A stretch of 64,000 nucleotides of DNA, taken from NCBI GenBank assembly GCA_002633005.1, contig NMRA01000563.1, positions 210,104 through 274,103 of the forward strand, in the 5' to 3' direction. The translations under genes and the position numbers were made by a program. Under the pieces are notes generated by a model. It ran no database searches and was not told the origin of the DNA. It saw only the letters and a list, made by a program, of their open reading frames with translations. Source of the stretch: Phoronis australis (lineage: Eukaryota; Animalia; Phoronida). This document shows positions 57,680 through 64,000 of this stretch, one piece after another. Numbering within the stretch: the stretch's first letter is position 1; each line of letters opens with the position of its first letter.

Positions 57680-60382
57680 CAAGGAGTGTAGTAGTAAAGT
57701 TCACTTGTGAGTTCGCTGTTACCGCTACTACTAGCACCGCCAAGTGGTGAACAAGCAACGGTCAACCAGGAAGCGCCAAAACAATGGGGAAGGACGCATT
57801 TTGCAGTGCGATAAATTGCACTAATTCATCCACGAAAACCCCAGACGTGTCATTTTTTAGGTTTCCTAAGCATTCAGAAAGGTAAGTATTATATGTTATT
57901 CAATAATATGATACATTGTCTTTCATTTTGTGTGTTCTGTTCACGGTTGTCAGACAAGTCGATTGCACGGCGTCCCGGTGCCACTGTCTGTTGTCTGCAG
58001 TGTAGGTTAGGCCTACTGGGCAGCCGGTGGAAGGACTACTGTTTAACGTACGATGTGATCGTCAGCTTTTTGGATACTTGCAGTCCATGTATTCCAAATC
58101 AAAATGTCACTCTAACGATCGCAGGGATAATTTTAGGAAAACATACCCATGGCCATAGGTGAATATGAATCATTGTGGTGACACGGCCATGGCACAATCA
58201 CAGCCACAGGGACTCAAGTTTTCATTAGTCAAATTAGAGAATCTGTGGGTCTCGATGAAAAGTTGTGCGGCCCTTAAAATATCCGTGGATCGACATTTAA
58301 GTCCTAGTTTTTTTAGTTGACACCAAGACGCTTTTGTCTCTATCACAATCACAGTACGACAGGACTTCTGTAGTGTAGTGTAGTTTAGTGTAGACTACCA
58401 GTCTTCTGTGAACCTGGTGAGTATGAGGTTTGTTCCTGAGTCTCTCACTGATTTCTGTTCAGGAGCAAGCACTGGGAGCAGACTTTATGAATAGAGTGCA
58501 TCCTACTTGTCCAAGAACTGCAACTTATGCTCTCATCACTTCGAGGAGTCCATGTTGATGAATGAAGAACAAGCTGGTATTGAATGCAGTGCCCGAGCAG
58601 TATTTGATGTCCCGAGTCCACCAAAAATGAAGATGTCAAAAAGTTCTCCGGAAATTATGTTACAGCTGTGAAATAGGCTTTTTGCAGTTTATGATTATCG
58701 TCTCACAAAGCAAGTACTGGAACATCACGTTTAGAAAGGATAATTAGTCAAAATCTGGTTTTCGTATTTTACTAAGGTTGATCAGATTGAAACATTTTAT
58801 GAATGGTTAGCCTGCCGATTTGAAGAGAGCCAAAGTGAAACTGATGGGTCTTTTAGAGTCTGAATGGTGGGCTGACATTTTGTTAAACCCAAGCTATCCG
58901 TATCATTTTGCTTCTCAATGACAAACACCTCAGTGAGTAAATTAGTTATCAGCTTCAACGCATTTCGTTGGCAAAAAGAGCTGTTGTTTACTAGTGAATA
59001 GAGAGTGAGAAGGTTGGTTAGATTTTCTTGTTGTATTGGTGTATGTGTAGCCTATTTTGTACGTTTTTGGAGATTGTGATTAATTTAAGCCCCAGTTGTG
59101 GCTAAGTAACAAATATGATCTTGTGGTCTAGCTTTAGCTTACCTGAAATATTTACTGTTATTGATAATATGAACAGTGGGTATAGAAAATAAAAATTTTA
59201 GTTTTATCATCCATTAAAAGTCTTTTTAATTCAGTTTTGTATGAAGTTGTGTGGCTAGTGAATATTTTGATTGCTGTTCAGCACCTCTTAACTTTTTTGT
59301 CATGACATTTTGAGCTTGGACTGGTTATGGTGGGGATATACTCAATGTGGGGGGGGCTCGAATTCCCGACGATGTAGACCTTTTGCTAACAAGTGAGTGG
59401 GCGGACTAAAAAAAAAAAAAAAAACGGGGACCACCACTGTGAATTGCGCGTTTCCGTTTCTTTAGTGGACTTTTGTCCCATTTTCTCGGACTTTTTGTCT
59501 CGTTCAAGCCCCCCGAGCCCCCTGGGTGCGCGCGTGGGAGAGTGCAATCGAGTTTACCCTATGCTGGAATGTCCAAGAAATAATGGGATGTTCTAAAATT
59601 ATATTACGATTTTGTGGTAGTGATGAATTGCTTTCTTCTTCTTACATGTGTAACACCCACTACACCAAACAATTATTCACATTGTTAGTATCCTGGTGCA
59701 TTGAATAAGGAACACATGCGAAATTGGGTGGAGGTGAAACCAGCAGTGAGCTGGGAGCAACATGTTTGTCAATGGTCAGGGGAGCAACCAAAATTTATGA
59801 CAATGGGAATGGCTCAACACCCATGTGGCATACCCCATTGGTTTTTACCTGTTTAGCACTCCTCCCATGTAACCCCCCTGGGAGATGGTCAACACCCATT
59901 TGGCGCCCACATGGTTTTTGCCTTGTACCCCCTTAGCTGTCACCTGTGGGGAATTACCCTCTGAACCCCCAGGAGCAATCATTCAAATTTTATTGTCCAT
60001 GGAGGTATGAACTGTTATAAGGAAAGATAATTTGCCTTGTTAAGAACTCAAACATGAAACAAAACCGTGATAGATTTTGAAGGGAGCTTCAAAAGAATAA
60101 AAACAAATACACTTTAATATTGATTAAAATACACATTTTCATTCTCATTCGATTATAAGTGGATGTTAGTTTACGTATTCTAACCATTTTCAATCACACA
60201 GTAATTTTATTGCACGTTGAACGTCATTAAAGTATGAATTCATCAGTGTTTACATTGTTCGGACTGCGCTCCTAAGTAAGTATTGATTATTCACCGCTTG
60301 GAGCGCTAGTGTTTCGACCGGTAACCATTGCGGCGAATGGTAAAATGGCGGAGTGAACTCTCCTATACTCGTACACTCCTTG
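57680..60382 (+). mobile_element. Non-autonomous P-element-like transposon carrying THAP exon 1
   Basis: TIR CAAGGAGTGTA; subterminal inverted similarity (agttcact; ttaccg...actagc...ccaag.ggtgaa); degenerate TSD acgcaag / atgcaaa(g). Confidence 0.78.
57784..57881 (+). pseudogene. Intact first exon of a THAP domain (P-type transposase)
   Basis: ATG start: MGKDAFCSAINCTNSSTKTPDVSFFRFPKHSE(R), then an AG|GTAAGT donor; too short for the ORF track; no exon 2 recognised. Confidence 0.8.
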
Positions 60383-62751
60383 ATGCAAAGGTTCAAGTGG
60401 GAACTATGGGTAAATATATACTCACCCGACACTTATATACAATCTTAATGACAAAAAGCAATTGTCTTTGATGTTGCTTCTAGTAAAGATACTGATCCCA
60501 GGTTATCTTGGAGAGACATCTGTCTGTGTTTATTCTTTGACTCACCCAATTTAAAAGTAACTGCATTCATAGAAGCAGTCTTTCTTAAGGACTTGACCTA
60601 TCACAAGCTCCGCCCCCTTGTGTAATGTCGACTAAGAAACAATAAGTTTTCCTCGGCAACGTGTTGTTTGTCGGGTAAAATGGCGGCTTGGAAACAAAGG
60701 TGCGTTAATAATGCTGTGTTTTAAATGGTCAGTTAAGCTGTCGCTCAAAATCCTGGCGATAGGTCAATTGTCAACTACCACCATTTTGGGGCACTCGCCA
60801 GGACATTTTTGTCAAGGTCTCCCCATTTTTTGCAGAATAGATTGTCTTAAATTTCAGACTTTTAAATTTAAGAAAACAAGATTTTAGGAAATGCAGGGAG
60901 ACTTGTCTGGCAAGGGACACTGGACTCATGTCACCTTTTCATATTATTTTTTAAAATTGAATATCAATTAATATAAATAGTGAGCCAGATAAAGAAGTTC
61001 CTGATCACAGGATCAATTACTAATTATTTACTTTCACACTTATGGGTCTTGGCAAACAGAGGGGGTCTGTTGATGGTATCATTCTCTATCCTTTCTTCAT
61101 CAGGGGCCATTCACAGAAGGGGGGGCAATGATGGAATCAATTGCCCTTCTTATCCTGTATTTGGGAAATCACGCAGGCTTTTATGTTAGCATAGGTCACT
61201 TTCAAGAGGTGCCCTTCCTTAACATAAGTTTTGTTTAGATCAAGGTGCTCAAAGTTCATGTACTGGCAGTCGTGAACAAGAACTTCTGAAAACTTTGGAG
61301 TGCAACTTTAACTCATGAACAATAATGGGGCTACTACTACCATTGGAATGAACCAGAAACCATATTAACACGAATAAAAGCTGCAGGAGTGAGGGCCCCA
61401 AACAACCTGGCAGGGTCCTCATCTCCCTTCCTCTCCTGGTTGGCCATCAAGTATCCACGCCCATGCCTAAAAATTACGTACAACGAAACAGGGTTGAGAA
61501 ACTTAGCAACCTACCATTAATTGAAAAGTGTGTGCCTTTAGTTCTTAAAATGGGTTGCCATGTGATAACCCAAAATGTCTACGTTCTAAGTTTCTACCAA
61601 TGAGGTAACCTACAAGGTTTAATTCAATTGTTTCTGTTTTAGGTGTTCATGTATCAGATAAAATTGACCCATTTACTCTAGGATAATAGTAAGGAATTTT
61701 ATACTTGGGACCACATGGGAAGCTGAAAGTTCGGGAAAGTCGAATTAGTTTTTGCCTCCTAATGACATTTACCGTTTACCTTCCTATGAGACTGAACCCT
61801 GAGGGTTATGGTTGACAAAATTTAAGTTTACTCCCCTATTTCATTACTCAGATATGTCATTTTATTAATTCTAACTCTAGGAATCCAAGTTATAATTATG
61901 ACCGTCATGGGATAATTTGAGATGGAATGGGAGTAGACTATGTCACGTAACATCCTGAAGGCAAACCAAACCAAACCAAAATAGATTATACTGGCACACA
62001 ATGGGTTTAGATGATGTAGACATATCATCCAAGATAACATGACATGGTAATATGATTGTTAAACTCAGGTTATAAGTTCATTTTAACAAACAACACATCA
62101 ACCATGATATCAATCACTATGATACCACTTATGGTCCTTTGTGTATGTCAAAACAAATACAACTGCACCTACTTGTCAGTGCTATATTTCAGTGTACATG
62201 TAGCTATGCTTTGAAGGACTAGAACAAACCACGTAAGGATGTAAAACACTGCCAAAAATATTTTAATTCCAAAAAGATAGAAATCTGAAAGAGAAATGAT
62301 TTAAATTTAACAATGTTGACGAGCATTATTTCAATTCACAAAATGTTCAGTTATAAAATATGAAGACTGATGAACTTTATTTACAACACCTGTGTATGTT
62401 TTATTACAGTTATCAAGAGAAAATTGTTTTGACATGATGAAATGACATTTTTCCTCTTCTCTTTTTCCTACAGCTGGTAAAAGTGATGCAGCGGTTGATA
62501 TGCTACACACTTAACCACTACAGTAATTTTTCACTTTGTCGAAAATTCGCCTCATACACAGGATATCTCGTGCTGTTGTAAACATGAGGTGAAAAAAGTG
62601 ACCTGAGTGTCCTGTGACCCGAGTGTCCTGTGACTCACACTCATTTGCTCAATTGACAGAGCATTTAACCAATGATTGGGTAAAGTACTTTATATTGGAA
62701 CAGGACAAGGTATATTTAATTAGTTGTTTTAAAATTAGATCACATCTATAT

Positions 62752-62852
62752 AAAAAATAATTGCAGGTGGTCTGATACACATTGTACCAGACATGCTCAG
62801 GACGTGTATGTGGGCCCATTGCACTGATCACATGTGGGCCCAATGCACTTAT
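62752..62852 (-). mobile_element. 3' fragment of the tRNA-SINE
   Basis: Reverse complement of the SINE 3' half, with a duplicated atgtgggccca(t/a)tgcact. Confidence 0.65.
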
Positions 62853-62926
62853 CATATCTGTAACTCTGGGCTTTATTTCACTTAATTTGCACATGGACAG
62901 TTGGCAATGCTTGTTTAGCCAACATA

Positions 62927-63324
62927 AGCAGCTTTTACACGAGAGACAGTTGTCACTGAGTGAGGTGTCACGGCGCGACTTGCTCCACTTTACACGACAT
63001 TAGATCGCAAACTAGATCAGCACGAGACACTCATACGAAGATGTCTGCACATGCTTGTATAAACAATAACGAATGTCTAAACCACGTGGAATGCTAGCTG
63101 ATCACCTTTCTGTCCTGCCCATGTTGTGTTTAGATGTGCAGTGGAAACTGGAGCAACTGATCGAGTGCAACTTGCTAGACAAACCATAGTCAAAAACTGG
63201 CCGCTGCCACGGTGCCACTCACTCTGTGTGAGTTGTGAGTTGTGTTTACAAACACACACTTGCACCCAATCAGCTGTTCCATGTTAGCTTCACCAGGTCA
63301 GCTGTTTCTCATTTAACTGCAGCT
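62927..63324. mobile_element. PIF/Harbinger-like MITE (same family as 49152)
   Basis: Colinear motifs ttttacacg.gagacagttgtcac, gacttgctccact, ggaatgctagctgatca and tcaaaaactggccgctgc. Confidence 0.7.
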
Positions 63325-63899
63325 ATATCAAGCTCTACATCACAATTGTAACCTGGACTGTAATGCATTTAACCTGTTGCTACAGGGATGTCCTGAATTA
63401 CATAGATACTTAAATCTCCCTATGTTTACCCTCATTAAGCCATACTAGTAATACTTTTTTACCCTCATTTTTGCGTCTTTGGAGTTCCACATGTTCTTTG
63501 TTGTTGTTATTTTTTAAGACTTTTTCTTAGCTACAGGTGCTTAAATTATTCAGGGAGCTCTCTGTTTTTGTTCATGAAGCATTAAACGGAAGAGGTGTTT
63601 ATAATACTACTAATCAGTGACTTACAAGCCCAATGGGCTGGGTGTTTTTTAAATTCTGAACTATTAGTTTAAATTTAAGCACATATCACTTTAATAAACA
63701 AATATACTACTACCACTACCACTACGATATTCAAGCTTTATTACATTGAATAGCAAAACATGCATGCAAATTTGATTCTTCAAACATATTTGCACGCTCG
63801 TCCCTTTTTAAAAATCACTTCAAGGCAAAAAGAGACGAATGGGTTAGCTTTATTGACCTTTACTTTCAAAGTACACACTACACCTCCACAAGAACACAA

Positions 63900-64000
63900 G
63901 CAGTAGACATTACTGGACACAGGCACAGGCAGTAGATATTACTGGACACAGGCACAGGCAGTAGATATTACTGGACACAGGCACAGGCAGTAGATATTAC
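63900..64000. repeat. 29-bp minisatellite running off the window end
   Basis: (gcagtagatattactggacacaggcacag)n. Confidence 0.92.

Overview
AT-rich, intron-containing metazoan (invertebrate-looking) genomic DNA with one 827-nt assembly gap. There is one host gene: an Atos/FAM214-family gene on the minus strand. I reconstructed it by hand as 11 GT-AG coding exons (48403 to 18927; 2478 nt, about 825 aa) with consistent phases and the DUF4210/Chromosome_seg C-terminal motifs. The rest is a dense, often nested set of non-autonomous DNA transposons: Kolobok (TTAA), ISL2EU-like (AT), P-like (CANRG termini, 7-8 bp TSD), PIF/Harbinger MITEs (TWA) and Tc2/pogo-like elements (TA). Helentron-type (HINE) elements, a tRNA-derived SINE and several minisatellites are also present. 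Four separate THAP-domain relics come from three superfamilies. The most notable observations are: (1) a HINE family whose internal tandem unit carries a co-oriented CTCF-consensus motif about every 147 bp, arranged in a 3-unit higher-order repeat; (2) an ATG13/HORMA-like motif series in the Atos N-terminus; (3) a multi-layer transposon nest at 0.7-4.5 kb; (4) a minisatellite that multiplies an Atos splice donor. All family assignments come from motif recognition, not database searches.
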